A stretch of 62,251 bases of DNA, the filler included, from Basidiobolus ranarum (lineage: Eukaryota), in assembly GCA_040143965.1 (NCBI GenBank). It is 2 parts of 2 records of this genome, joined end to end, with 100 filler letters (N's around TTAATTAATTAA, not from the genome) between each part and the next. Parts side by side here need not be neighbours in the genome. Positions count along the whole stretch, not along the records: positions 31,210 to 62,251 come from JASJQH010006968.1; 1 more part is not named here. One strand, written 5' to 3'. Made by a program: the position numbers and the translations under genes. Of this stretch, positions 35,701 to 49,490 are shown piece by piece. Each line of letters opens with the position of its first letter. Within the stretch, counting starts at the first letter, position 1. The notes under the pieces are model-generated. The model searched no databases and was not told the DNA's origin. It saw only the letters and a program-made list of their open reading frames with translations.

Positions 35701-38456
35701 ATCGAGGCCTATACACACTCAAACCGGAGTATTACGACCAAATCGATCCATATTTCATACACTATACTCGCCGGGACCGAGTTGAAGTCGAACAAGTGCT
35801 TGAAAATCGAAATCAGAAAATCAATCTATTGCGTGTCCCTAGACTGCCTCAACTCAATGATAGCGCCTTCTCTGGTCTCTTGGATCTAATGGAGTCGTCG
35901 TTATTTTACGAAACGATTACCCGAAGTATGCAATATGCGTTTCGATCAACAGAAAGAAGTACCAATATAGTAAACGAGGCTCTTTATCTGCTTACCATGA
36001 CGGTGACAAGCAGTGTCAAAGCAAACCAGAAACTTGCTGAATTTTCGACCCGTCCAATAAGAAATAGCAGTCAGAAACATGGAGGATATGAGGAAGTGTC
36101 TTTAATCGAGTTGTTGCTACAATATTCGAATACCAAATATTCTGATATCCATCACAAAGTGAAATTTATCTTACAAAAACTCGAACTCTCTAAGAACGAA
36201 TCCGTTGCTCATGCCATTATGGAATATGAAGCAAATATAGATGAGGACGATGAAAATACCTCAGAGTCTAACCGTCGAAAGAACACGGCTAGAAATGCCC
36301 AAGTTCGTATAGCAAACCAGTTCGCCGAAGCGCAGCTGCAATTTCTTGAGCAAAATAGAGGAACGTATGATCATACACTCATGGACATGGGTGATCATTT
36401 GAGGCCAAAGAGGCAACGCTTATGGGAAGACCTTGCCGGCCCCTGTATTGTTTGTAAAGAGGAGTTGGAGCGAAACAGTCAGTACGGAATGGTTGGGTTT
36501 CTTCAACTTTCCAACTCTGTCCGTTATGCGCCAAAGGATGATGAAAAGATGATACGAGAGTTGATTTGCTATACTGATTTGCTCGATAAGCCACCTAGTA
36601 ACACTGAAAGATTTCGTGATAATCTTTTCCGATCCAGTCGTGACGGAATTCACGCATCTTCGTGCGGGCATTTAATGCATCAAATTTGCTTCGAGAAATA
36701 CATCTCTTGTCAACCTACCGAACATCCTCGGACATCTCGAAAGGAACTTCTATGCCCACTTTGCAAAACTCTTGGAAATGTGCTGATTCCTATCCCTGAA
36801 CACAAGGAGGGAAAATTTGATGACTCCACGCCCAATGTTGAATTTGAGGCATGGATTGAAAATTCCTTTGTCTCAAAACTGACAGAGTCACTTGTAAGCA
36901 GTACCGATATACTCGCAAATAAGCCAGCTAAAACAGAAAATCTCGAGAACCAGTATCACCTCTACAGTAGCATGATAAATACTATTAACAATATACGCTC
37001 TGAATCAGCCGGAGAACGTATCCAAAACTTGAATGAACGCGAAATATTTGTAGAGATGTTGGCTAGCACAATAACAAACATCGAAATATCACATCGTGAA
37101 ACATCCAGCAAGAGCTCTGGTTCTTTGAACGAAACCTTCTTGCATCGTATCGATCGGTCTACTTGGACCATGCTGCATATATTATCCGACAACTTAAATA
37201 AGGCGAAAGTACCAGAAGAGCCATATTTGACGCAGAAGCTAGGAGCGACGGTCGATGCATTGCTAGCATATAAATGGAATGAAAATGATCAGGATAAATG
37301 GAACACCTCAAGTCCTGCTCTTTACGAAGATCCATTTACTCTGCTCGTTGGATTACATGAGTTTGCCATCTCATACAAGTTGGATTTGTTTTATTTAGTG
37401 CGTGTAATTTATTTACTACAATTGGTTCAAGTCATAATATCAACTTGGGAGACTGTGATTTTACGTGATGGTAACTCTTTCCCTGATTACTCAAAGGTGG
37501 AGGGATCATCTAGTGAAATGGAAATACAATCTGAACAGGAATTTATCAAACAAGTACTTTCAACCTCAGGAAAATCGGAGGCGCAAATCGTTTCTTTCTT
37601 TTCTATCGTGAAACAACCAGCTCTAAAGGCATCGATTCGCAAGAATTGCCTCCCTCTGTTAAGAAAAATGCTTATCCTACTCCAATCTTTCTTTGGATTT
37701 ATTCCTCCACACAGTCAAACGGAAGATGCCGACGAGGAGTTTGAGCGTTTGTGTAGATACTTGCGTATCCCAGAGATGCCCGAATCGTGCCAGATGAATG
37801 ATCTGGTTTTGGGATGGTGTAAACATATAGCTTTTCAGTGTAGAAACAGTCGATCTAAGATACTTCTACAATTCCCCGGAGTGTACAAATTGGTGGAGCT
37901 ACCCAATGATGTTGACACTCTCGTACGAGAGAGCGTCGTCACTGCCTGTCCTAACTGCCACAAGATATCCGAAAATCCAGCATTATGCTTACTGTGTGGA
38001 GAAATATTTTGCTATCAGAGCTCCTATTGCTTGGTTGATCAAACAGGTGGATGCTATCGACATATGAAACAGTGAGCATCTTTGAACCTTTTCATTTCAA
38101 GTCACATGCTGTTTATTTAACTGGTCAATGTTCATGTAGGTGTAGCAAAACGGTCGGTATATTTATGGTAATTAATCAAAGCGTAATTTTACTACTACGC
38201 GGGACTAGCGGGTGTATATTGGATGCGCCCTACCTTGACGTTCATGGCGAAGTTGATCTCGGTCTCACGTAAGACTCATAGTACACTTCATCTTAAGTAC
38301 TGCTTTTACTAAAATATACATCTGTCTCATAGCCGTGGCAATCCATTGTTTCTCAATCAACATCGCTACGACGAGTTAAAAAGAATCTGGCTTTCTCATG
38401 CCATACCTTCCTATATTGCGCGTAGAGAAGAGGAGAGCCAAGGAGTTTCTCAGTGA
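32785..38456 (+). CDS. UBR1: UBR1/Ubr11-family N-end rule E3 ubiquitin ligase (divergent), multi-exon
   Basis: UBR-box-like CGHLF...YHCRTC...CSCGD, ClpS-like VLWNDEY, SLHHPLHW, split RING (CIVCKE...SSCGHLMHQICF...CPLCKTLGN), PALCLLCG and APYLDVHGEVDLGL. Stop at 38454-38456. Confidence 0.9.
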
Positions 38457-39805
38457 ACCCCAATTCCCTTTGATAATCCACACAACTCGTGGCAAATTCT
38501 CACCTGACTCACCTTTTGATTCAATTATTCTTGTCACTGTTTCCATTTATGCTTTTTTTGAGCCAACTCTTTAGAATAAACTCGAGGAGATGGTTACGAT
38601 ATATCCTCAGTATAGCCGAAGTACCCACGAATTACCTCCCCCATTTGTAATTGAAACTGGGGCTACAAAGAGTAATGAATGCATGGCATGCATTGGATAC
38701 AGATTACTTCACTCAGCCTCCCATATTATTAGCGCAATCAATGTTTGGACTGGCCCTTCCTGAACATCCTGTTCCAATACCTGTAGGTAACCTAGGTGAT
38801 ACATTTGGGCACTGGTGGCTTTCCTGGTTGGGATATCTTTACCGCAAAATAGAACGTGTGCTAATTAATGATTTTGGAATTGATGAAATGCATTCTTTGC
38901 TTTAGCATAACCAAATTTAATCACTCCACCTTTGGTTAGTGCTACCACGCAATACCATGGGCATTTCTAGATTTGGATGTTTTATTGGATACAAACAAGG
39001 GTGGAGATATGGGCACCAGTTATGCAGCAAATTATACACCCAGATCCACTTTAAGCATGGTCAAGGTATTCATGCATCATACTCGACAAACCCCACCATT
39101 TATTATTGACAGTGCCTCATTGTTGCAGACCGCACGGTAATTTCTTTACATCCTTGTGGTGTTCGCTATTGCTTGCTCCACAACCATTGTTATGTACCTG
39201 TTGACTTAATGTTGGAGCATTATTTATCACCGATAGCCCCGGTAGATCTTTAATCTTGAGATGGGCTGGATGAGCTAGAATAATCACCTAGTCATGTAAA
39301 ATCCCCGATGGGATTATGTGTGAAAGTTATACTTGAATAGGATCTCTATTCTGGTGCCTTCATTGTGATCATTATATGCATTTTCGTAATGTTTATCTAT
39401 CGTCAATCCAGATTATTAAGTAATTATTGGATATCCTCTTTTACTCTTTGCGCTCCCTCCCTGTTCTCGATATTCCTTGGTCTCACCAACCTTTCTAAAC
39501 CAATCTGACCATTGCTTTGTCCATTGCTCGTCTCCTTTCCCTTCACTGAAGTTCTATTCAGTTAAAATATTGTAGTATCTCTATTTGTCATTGTTTTGGA
39601 GTAGAATTTTTCGAATTCATCTTAAGTGCTTAGACAACCCATTCATCGTGTCTGAAGCTAATAGTTTCAGAGTACAACCTATTTCTGAACAATCGATAAT
39701 TAAGTAGTAGTTATAGAACTTACTAGCTCTATATTTTTGTCTGCTCTTTTCTTTTGAATACCTTTATCCCCACTTTATTGAATTTGCCTCGGCTACATTC
39801 AACCA

Positions 39806-41601
39806 ATGGCCCATAAATCGAGTAATTCACAGGGCTCTCATTCTGGTCCTGCGATCGTCGGAGAACAATATAAAATCGGGAAGAAAATAGGTGAAGGTAG
39901 CTTTGGTGTTATTTACGAAGGTATAGATAAATCTTTTATTTTCGTTATTTTAGTTTGAAACAATATTTATCAGTTTGAGTCAATAGGTGTTCACCTTGCC
40001 AAAAATCAAGCTGTTGCCATCAAATTTGTATCTTTTTTATTTGAATTTTCAACCCTTTTCTTTATTAGATTTGGTTTTGTATTTTCCCTTGACTTCAAAC
40101 CTATTTAGGAACCACGTAAAAGTGATGCTCCTCAACTTCGAGACGAATATAGAACATATAAGATCCTCGCAGGAACTCGTAAGTCTTTTTTTATAAACTA
40201 TCAATCAGATGTACTTTTTGTCAAATGTACTAAGACTTTGCTTTTACTTAGCTGGAGTTCCTAGCGCTTATTATTTTGGCCAAGAGGGCATGCATAACTT
40301 TCTAGTCATCGATTTGCTTGGCCCTAGTTTAGAAGATTTGTTTGAAATGTGCCGTAGAAAATTTAGTGTCAAAACCGTGGCTATGCTGGCGAAGCAAATG
40401 GTTAGTATGGATGAGCTGTTGTCCTTTTTGGTTTTGAATTATTTTTTATCAAAAAGCAATTGCTAACAAGGAATTTAGTTAACAAGAGTGGAAGCGGTTC
40501 ATAATCACCATTTAATCTACCGAGATATTAAGCCTGATAACTTTTTGTCAGGCCGACTTAATACCAAACAATGCAATATGGTGTATTTGGTTGATTTTGG
40601 AATGGCTAAGCAATACCGTGATCCCAAAACTAAGCAACACATCCCCTATAGAGAACGAAAGAGCCTAAGTGGCACTGCTCGTTATATGAGCATAAATACC
40701 CATCTCGGTCGAGGTTTGTAATTTGATTCATTTCGGTCAAACTTTATAAGTTATAACTTAACTTTTCATTTTCTTTTTAGAGCAATCACGCCGTGACGAT
40801 TTAGAGTCCCTGGGCCATGTATTCTTTTATTTCTTGCGTGGCTCTTTACCCTGGCAGGGACTGAAGGCCGCTACAAATAAACAAAAGTATGAGCGAATTG
40901 GGGAAAAAAAGCAAACCACCCCAGTTAAAGAGCTATGTGAAGGATTCCCAGGTACATCTAATATCAAATGCTTTCAAATATGCTATACAAATTAAAAGCC
41001 ATCCACTAATGCCTCTTTTCCTTCCATTCTGTAGAACAATTTGCCACTTATCTAACTTACGTTCGTAAGCTTGGCTTTGAAGAGACACCCAACTACGATT
41101 ACCTTCGAGGTCTTTTCGATCAGGTTATATTGAAAGTTGGTCAAAAAGATGATGGCATTTATGATTGGATGCTTCTAGATGGAAGTAAACAGTTGGAGGT
41201 CAGTAGATCAGGAACGTTAATCTTCAAAACCTCATTTAACAATCTTCGTACAGAATGTTAGGGAAGCAAATTTGAAACCTATGGACCCATTGGATCCTGC
41301 TCGTATGACTACTCGTGCAACTACCTCCCAGCGTTATAGTGGCCACCCTCGTCAATCACCTCGTTACAGTAGCGATGCTGCTCGACCATCTGTGAACCGG
41401 GGGAATAATCACTCGACTAACGTTTCACAACCGGAGAATGTACTTGCTGTCAATTCAAACATGCAAAAATCAGCGTATCCCTTTGATGGTAACGCCCCAG
41501 CCTCCACACCAAATGCTGCCAACCCGACACCTAATCCCGAAGAGAAAAAAGGATTTTTTGGACATATTATGGATATTTTGGCCTGTCGTAGTTGCAGTTG
41601 A
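39806..41601 (+). CDS. Casein kinase I, Yck/Cki (gamma-like, Cys-containing tail), multi-exon
   Basis: [50 protein letters not shown] and LPWQGLKA. The C-terminal ILACRSCS fits a palmitoylated CK1. Confidence 0.95.
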
Positions 41602-42513
41602 AAATGGAATTTTTAACATCATCATCCGTATTTTATTTCCTCGATTTTACATAATAGGATTTAACGGTTCTATCGAACGTACAAGTATGCTCACCATTCC
41701 TCTCACTATTCACTATTATTTTTGATACTTTCACCGTCTTGGTTTTCTTTTCATCTTGTGTACAGATAGAGGTTCTTGAGAACCTAGATGTCCGAGTTTC
41801 GATGAGATAGGGACATCTTGTGCCTAATTTCTTACCATTCATCCGAATTGGGGGGGAGGAGGAGGGGAATTTTTTTAATATTTTTAAAGATGTTTTACCG
41901 CACTCACACTTACTCCTACGGTATTTTTGAAAATCAATGAACATCCGACCTTTCATGAACATTCAACAACATAACTCATTGCTGTTGCTTGATTTCCCCT
42001 ACTTTAAACGATCCACACACCGAAGAAATATATTAGTACGAATTGTGACCTTTACTTTTTTTTGGACCTTTCTTCCACCCTTCCTTTCTCTTCTGTTCTC
42101 CCCTCCCCTTTTCTTTGCTTTACCTATCACATATTACGTTGATTGACCACTGTTTCCCTTAAGAAAATCATCCATTGATTAAAGAAAATATGTTGATCTT
42201 ATATGATGAATTGGATCCATCCCAATTGGGCGCTAACTCTATTTTCAATCATATTAGAGTTTTAAAATGGATGTGTTAGTGATTGGTTTAAAGATATCAT
42301 TTGGTTGATACGAAACTGAATACTCTTATGGGTTGGTTTCATCTAGAATTTATATATCCATTCAAGTGGAATATGTTGCAAGCAAAATGGACACATTTAT
42401 ACAGGTAGAATCACACCAAGTAATCTTGAATCGAGAGAGGTCTTAGTCATAATCATAATGATGATGATGGGATTACGAAGTAGATTTAACTCCAATGAGT
42501 GGATTGTTGTGTA

Positions 42514-45500
42514 TCATGGATTAGGATATCCAGATGTTGAGTATTGGTATTGGTATTGATATTGATATGGATAAGGCTGTATATAAAATGGAGAAGAAAA
42601 AGAGAATCAGTTGAGCCACACATATATAGAATGAAATGGAAGAGATATACCGGTTGAACCATCATCATATTCTGTGAATATCCAGGTTGAGTGGGCCATG
42701 GATTCGTTGTGGATGAATAATGGGTGAAACTCGAACTTGGATAAATCGGGTTATGTGGATTAGGATTTATCTGGGAATTTGGTATTGTACTCGCATTGAT
42801 ACGTGTCTGTTTACTTGGTTGGGGATTCTCTTCAAGTGATACTCTTTTCTTATTCGCATCCATGGATTTGGTAGGTTGACGCATGAATGACTTGCTCTGA
42901 AAATAACTACTAACATCCACTCCACGTTCCAAAATAAAATCCAAATGACGTGTATGAATCCCTTGAAATGTTTCGGAAGGTAAATCCGCAGTGTTGTGTA
43001 GTAAATCTAATGCGATATTCAATGATTCAATGCAGGAATCTAATAAAAGATAAACCCATCAATACAATGATTAATACAGAGTTTAACACGAGTGAAACGA
43101 ATATTGGAATCAGCATCAGTTTCAGTATCAACATCAACATCCACATCCACATCACTCATACCATAATGAATATATTCAAAATTGAAATAATTTAACCAGA
43201 AATATTTCACATTGGAAAATTCTTTCGAATTCTCAATGTAAATTTCTCGTGCTTTGGAGATATTCTTTTGTGTCTAGTGAATGTGATATATTCAAATTTC
43301 ATGGTTATTTCTCAGACATATTAGATGAATATGAAAAAATGAAACTACTCACATAACAAACTAGATTGGCTCTTTGAACTGTGAGAAAAGCTTTGGTTGG
43401 TTTGTCGAGGTTATCAGCATTCAGTTGGCTAAGTAATATATTCTCGGCTACTGAGGGATCACTTGGATTTTGTCTACGCTCGAATTGAGCGAATCTCCAA
43501 ATGGTCTCGAGATGATTAGGAACTGAAAAAATGAAATACTTTATATGAAGGTACAAAACCAAATGAACACAGTATAGATGTACACATACCATACTGAAGA
43601 ATATCTTTATATCTTTTTCTGGCTGAATCGATATCTCCAAATTGTTCTTCAAAGATAGCCAAAGATAATCGAACTAATGGTTGACTAAAATTTCGAAACG
43701 ATTATTGTTCACGTATTACTGATAGAAATAAAATACTAAAAGGTTTACTCTTGAGGAAGAAAGCGAGTTGTGGCTCGTAGAAAAGCAATTTTCGCGTCAT
43801 CATAAAGAGTCTTCGAGATCAACCAAGTGGTGTATCGTTCCCAAAATTCTTCGTAAAGCGCCTAATGGAAATTATATGAGAAAAAAATGAAGTTCTTTTG
43901 TTGGAATTGATGATGGAACATACACAAGCGACCAAGCAACGTTCGAACAGAAATTGAATTCTAGTTGGATCGTTTTCAATTTGCTCAAAGTCAAGGTATT
44001 TGCGCCAGTTATCCAGCTGATGCTCATCCAGAGGTTTAACATGGAAATATGGACGCTTTATCTGTTATATAATCCATTTCGTAACCAAGAAAGTTAACTA
44101 TCAACCATTCCATTATAATATCGTCGTCAATACAAACCTCGGCTTCATAAATCCATCGGTTGTTTGTCTCCGTTTGGGTTTTAGTATATATCTCAAGACT
44201 TAGCTGGTGAATACGTCCTCTAACTTCTACCTCAATCTCTTCATCGCTCTAGATTAATCCACAAGTTTACAATTAGTCGAGTAGCTTTTATGCGATTCAT
44301 ACGAGTAAAATGCTAACTTTGGCTGGTAAGGTCGTTTCCTGGCCTTCATGGGTAGATTCCTCTACGAATTGCTTGTATTGTTCTAAGGGAACCAGTTCAG
44401 ATGTAGATCTGGTAGCTGAAAGTTGAGTGTAACTAAATATTAAGGATTTAGGATGAATGGAAAACATGTCGTAGGAAGTGAGGAGAGAAATTACCGCTCA
44501 AAGTAACGAGCGTACTGATGCATAGGTATCCGGATAACTCTCTCTAAGATGTTCATGACCTTATCATAAGCCTCGCGGGACTCCTCAAACTCCAGATACT
44601 TGTCCCAAAACACATGAGATAGAAAATCCAAACCAACAGCATCGGCCCCTTCTCCAAAAACACTATGAATCAAGTTCAAAAGTGTTAGCATATTGATACT
44701 AACAAGTAGAGTTACGGAGAGAGTGAACAGTAGAGATAAATGAAAAGAAAATAAATGGATTTTGAATGGATACATCGATTCGGACTCGGAATTCATTTCG
44801 TCAAACTTCCATATACATTCTTCGTGTAAAAGTAAGTGCGGTGAACGCTGAATCAATACGAAAGAAGAAACGCAATTGAAGGTGAGGAATCTAGTGGGTG
44901 TCCATCCAGAAACAATAAGCCAGCTCTCGTACTGTTGGTCGAAATGAAGAAGTGATATGTAGTTCAAGATACACCCGATATATGGGAAATATGAATAATA
45001 AGCAACATAATGGGTGTGAAAGTGTTGAAAATGCAATATTGAAATGAAGATATTCCATGACTTGTAAATACTTACGCTCGAATAGCTTCATCATCTGTGC
45101 TAGACTCCATTTTAAAGGAGCAATAATGTGACCAAAGTTCCACTGAATTTGGAATTGCTTCAACACTTCTTTTGTATATCTATTTGATAATTTGGTTATT
45201 GTTTGGAGGAAAAATGTTGAAACTAGACTCCCTTAAAACTTAGGCGGATAACAGAGAGTAAGTTTTACCTTTTCTGCACTTTCAGTACCACCAAGTGCTA
45301 ACTCATGATCAGCATACTTTTTCCAATATCCATAACATAATGGAAATTTGGCCAGAAATTTATCATATGCCAGTCGTAAATTTTGAATACTGGTAGAAGA
45401 AGAGTTGGTGCTTATTCCGTCTTCGATATTTTCTGCCAATTTAAGAATATACTCCCAGGCCGTAAAATCGTTTGGATGAACCTTCACCATTTCCCAGTAT

Positions 45501-45885
45501 TTTTCCCACTCACTTTGAAACGAGACTTGTCCAGAATTTTCTTCTTCTGTATTCTCCTCATTAGGAAACGAGGTACTTGCTACTTGAAGGTTTCGTATAA
45601 TTAATCACCAAACGAATAAGTAAATTCCAGAGGAAACCCAATGAAAATGGTGCAATTAGTTTCGAGTTTTTATGGTTGGTTTAAACAATACGAGAGTAAA
45701 ATATTCAAAGAGTATCGAATGGTTTCTTTGTCCTTCTAATGATGAGAAGGAAATAACTTCGTTTACTTTGAATTTGTATATATCTACCACGTAATCACAT
45801 ACTACTTTAAAGGCTTCTCTAACTAACCTTCTGAGTATTCGTAGTATACAGAGTTGTTAGGTTGCGAAGCTCCGTTGGCTGTCAT
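42514..45885 (-). CDS. PRP39: U1 snRNP HAT-repeat protein Prp39, multi-exon
   Basis: [61 protein letters not shown] and [11 protein letters not shown]. Probable ATG at 45885. The last exon [20 protein letters not shown] stops at 42514. Confidence 0.9.
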
Positions 45886-46347
45886 TCTTTAAATTCTATC
45901 TGTCCACTCAAGTATAGTCAAAGGTAAGTGCACAACTTCACGTTTATATCAAATATCATATCCAGTCACATTTCAAAGTTTGTTGACCAGATTTAGGTAG
46001 CTGAGCTATTTTTATGTCTGCTATCACTTAAATCCGAATTAAGTCAGGTTAGTATGGTAATTAATAACTCAATGAATCGACTGATGCTGGTACTATCTAT
46101 TACAATATGAAATTACTTAGAGGACAAGGTCACTCTATGATTTGAAAAAAAAAATAATTGGGAAGTATTAAAGTGCAATAATGGAGTTTACATTTATTTA
46201 GTCTCTTGACCAAATAATGAAGATACAGTTTGTTGATTGATTTACAAAGATATTTGATGAGATTTCAGTACACTAAATCCAAATTATAACTATCCACTTA
46301 AATCTTTGAATTGATGGCAAAGTAGATAATTTGGGACTATATGAACT

Positions 46348-47743
46348 TTAGAAAATTTGTCCAACCACCCAAAGATAAACCACTACCCATAAGGTGAGGG
46401 CGGGAGCAGCAAAGAGGTATGAATAGAACAGTAGTTGAGCCATTTCTTTTTCGTAGCTACCGACTGCTTGACATATGCTCATAAGATTAACAGCAGTGGG
46501 ACCACTACCGAGGAGCATCATAACCAAAACAAAAGCAGGGTCGCTACCAAGTGAGAAGAATCCGTGAGTGAGCAGAACAACACTAATGACAATTATAGGC
46601 ATTAGAAGCATTCGTTGGATGACAATTGCGCTTATAACTTTCTTGTACTCGGTGTGACCAGATAAACCATGGAGTTGAGCTCCAAGGCAAAGAAGAATTA
46701 AAGGTATGGATGCATTACCACAGGCATCAATGGCACGCATTACAGGGCGAAGTGCAGGAGACGACCCAAACAATAAACTCTTTAGACAGGGAATTAGTCC
46801 AACCAGTAGTCCAAGAAAAGTAGCACAAAGAGGAGGGTTGAACACTTTGCAAAGTGAAACATAGCATTTCTTAATCTTATTCATCCAATTCTGAATACCA
46901 CTGGGGATGGTAACTAGGATGTAACTGAGAAGACCAGCCTCCTCAGGAGCATATTCATAAGGATTCTTATCACCTCCGAACTGACTATCTCCATATGAGC
47001 TACCATAATCAGATAATACAGAGGGTGGTCTATCTTGTTTTTTGTACTGAGTTTGCTCGATAGGAAGAGTCGTCACACTGTCATCTTTGGTCAAAAGTTT
47101 GAGACCATAACTGAACCGAAGGAAGTTCCCAAGTATAGCAAACAGGACGATATATGAGATCCCTCTGACTTGAAAATTCTCCGGTGTATCTTCATCATCC
47201 TTGAATAGCATTTTGACAGCAGCACTACTCGCTATACTTTGAATCAACGGGATAGGCAGACTATTAGTGTTGGAAAACATGCTTGCCGCCATTGAAAATC
47301 TGGCCTGATTCTCGTTAAATCTGAAAAAGAAGGCGCAACTTTTGGAAACAAATGCTGAAATGATGATGAATATCAGAGAGTATGCTGGGATAGGCCAGAA
47401 TGTAAGAAAAGCTCTTGGAGAAACAGCGGAGGCAACATTGGAAAACAATAAGCATGGTGTAAGGAAATTAAGATTTAAATTTGAAATTGACTATAGTATA
47501 TTTAAATAGGCTTAGTGACTACCCTATCGTCAGATGTGTTATCATTTGAACTAACCTTCTGTAAGCTATTTGTTAATATGCCAGTTTTAGATAGATATAT
47601 GCCAATTCCACAGGTGATTGCAATTTGAAGAATCGCCTAAGGTTGTCATTAAATTGATAGATATTAGCTAACATTGATAGAAACTTAACAAGGTGGATAT
47701 ATCCTACCTCACCACTGGCCTTGATAAGTTGTATAACCTCCAT
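46348..47743 (-). CDS. Auxin-efflux-carrier/PIN-like (Mem_trans) transporter
   Basis: FLTPCLLFSNV, FSNTNSLP, RGISY, FNPPL, GNASIPLILLCLGAQL and GPTAVNL. The first exon MEVIQLIKASGE starts at 47743. Confidence 0.85.
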
Positions 47744-49183
47744 ATTGTAGAACAGATGTGTGATTTGGAAGTTTGCAGTCCTGACTTATATATGTGTTAT
47801 CCAAGAAACCTTAATTTGTTTAATGATTGGTAAATAGGCAATATTTCGATGACTGTCAAACATACTCAATCCGCGGTTAGCGATGATCGAGTGCTGCATG
47901 TATTTCATATCTATTTTGGGAGTGCTCAGGGTAGCTGATTAGTACAGAGCGAGGTAATCAGATAGATAATTAAGAACCTTGCCATTTCTGGTTACTTAAT
48001 AAGTCTTATTTAGAAGCGGATTGCTGTTCATGAAAAAGATATTTCCTTGGCATCAATTCCATTGAAATCAGGTATTTGATATACATAAGTTTAATTATTA
48101 CAAATGATATGAAACTGATGATAGGTATATCTTTCATGAGTAGCCTTTCGGTTACTTCATAGCGCATTTCTGTTCTCTACCAATTACAACAGCTATCCAA
48201 TCAGTATTGATAGTTAGAATGTATAGTACATAGGGTGACTCGATTAAGTTTAAGTAACCCTCTCTGAGATGAGGATTGTAAGTTTAAAGCCAGACAGAAT
48301 GGATCAATTACGTACTCGGATTTGGATTTGGATAATACATCACCACTAGATATTGATTCGAGAGGAATGAGAAAGGAATGTTCATGATTCGATGAAATAA
48401 GCCCATCTGATAGCGCACAGAACGCACGCGCAACGGATGATCGGTACGTTAAAAGCACACTACTAGATACGTAATTGTCTGATATTCGTCATAGCCAGTA
48501 TAAAACATCGCATTCTCTTTGATTATGAATGTGCATGTATCCTGAGTGAGTGAAGTTTAAACAGATATTTTTTACGCATGTATTTGTTCAGTACAGGGCC
48601 AGAATAACCACTGGGTTTATTAATGCTCTAATCAGTGAAATATCTACCTTCACAGTATATGACTCCTGAAACTTGTTGGGTATGCTGTTTACTTCCAGAA
48701 TGGAGACACCCCTATCGCTTATAGCTTCCACAGTTTGAGGTTGAAGTTGATGATATGCCGATGTACTTACCCATTTGTGCCACGCCTTTTAAATATTGGT
48801 ATATTATACTACCCAGGATTACTACGAGGACTTATGCTAAAAAATGTACGTGGTGTTGATTAGAGCAGTAGTCACATACACGCTTAACAGTCGGTTATTT
48901 GTTTTGATGTAGTGTTCAGTCATACTATTTGACACTGGATTCAACCATACGTTCGGGGTTTTTAAATCAACTCGGTAGCGGCGGGGTAATAATAACTGAT
49001 AAACTACCACATATTGCTCAAAACAAATCAAATAGCAGTCCAAAAAAGTACTGGCTAAATAACCCATCTTTACCAATAGGGTGACAATGAAAAATGAATT
49101 TTGAGATCACTAAGTCTACCCATAATGTTCACAAAATGTGCTATGAATATCAACGCACACCATTATTAACACCAAGATGATAT

Positions 49184-49218
49184 ATATGAATACTCTTTAC
49201 AATATGAATACTCTTTAC
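49184..49218. repeat. 18-bp direct duplication
   Basis: atatgaatactctttaca followed by atatgaatactctttac. Confidence 0.7.
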
Positions 49219-49490
49219 TACTGTAGCCGACTTGATACTTTGTTGTTGCTAATCATTTCTGATGAACTTGAGGTTTGACAATCCGTTTGTTGGCTACCAG
49301 CTGAGTTACCAAATGGATTGGTAACCTCCTGCAGCCCCCGGTTTCCCAATCAAATCAATCATCTGACTAAATATGGCTGCCGATGCAATAATACGCGATA
49401 TTGGTGTGAGATATTGCAATCCCTATATAACCTCATGTGCCCGCCCCTTTTGTATCTCATTCCTCTCATTCAGAATATATCCAGTATACC

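Noticed and set aside
38600-39300. Coding-like intergenic stretch between UBR1 and CK1
   Set aside because: The frames I translated are interrupted by stops and show no recognisable motif. It may be a relic but I cannot support a call.
43100-43165. ATCAGC/ATCAAC/ATCCAC hexamer run
   Set aside because: Low-complexity microsatellite within a PRP39 intron.
44491-45036. 181-aa ORF reading through the PRP39 intron
   Set aside because: Only its last about 57 codons match Prp39; the rest is intron sequence that happens to be open.
49305-49325. Small inverted repeat GTTACCAA/TTGGTAAC (and a similar one at about 52752)
   Set aside because: Short stems like this are expected by chance in 62 kb of AT-rich DNA.
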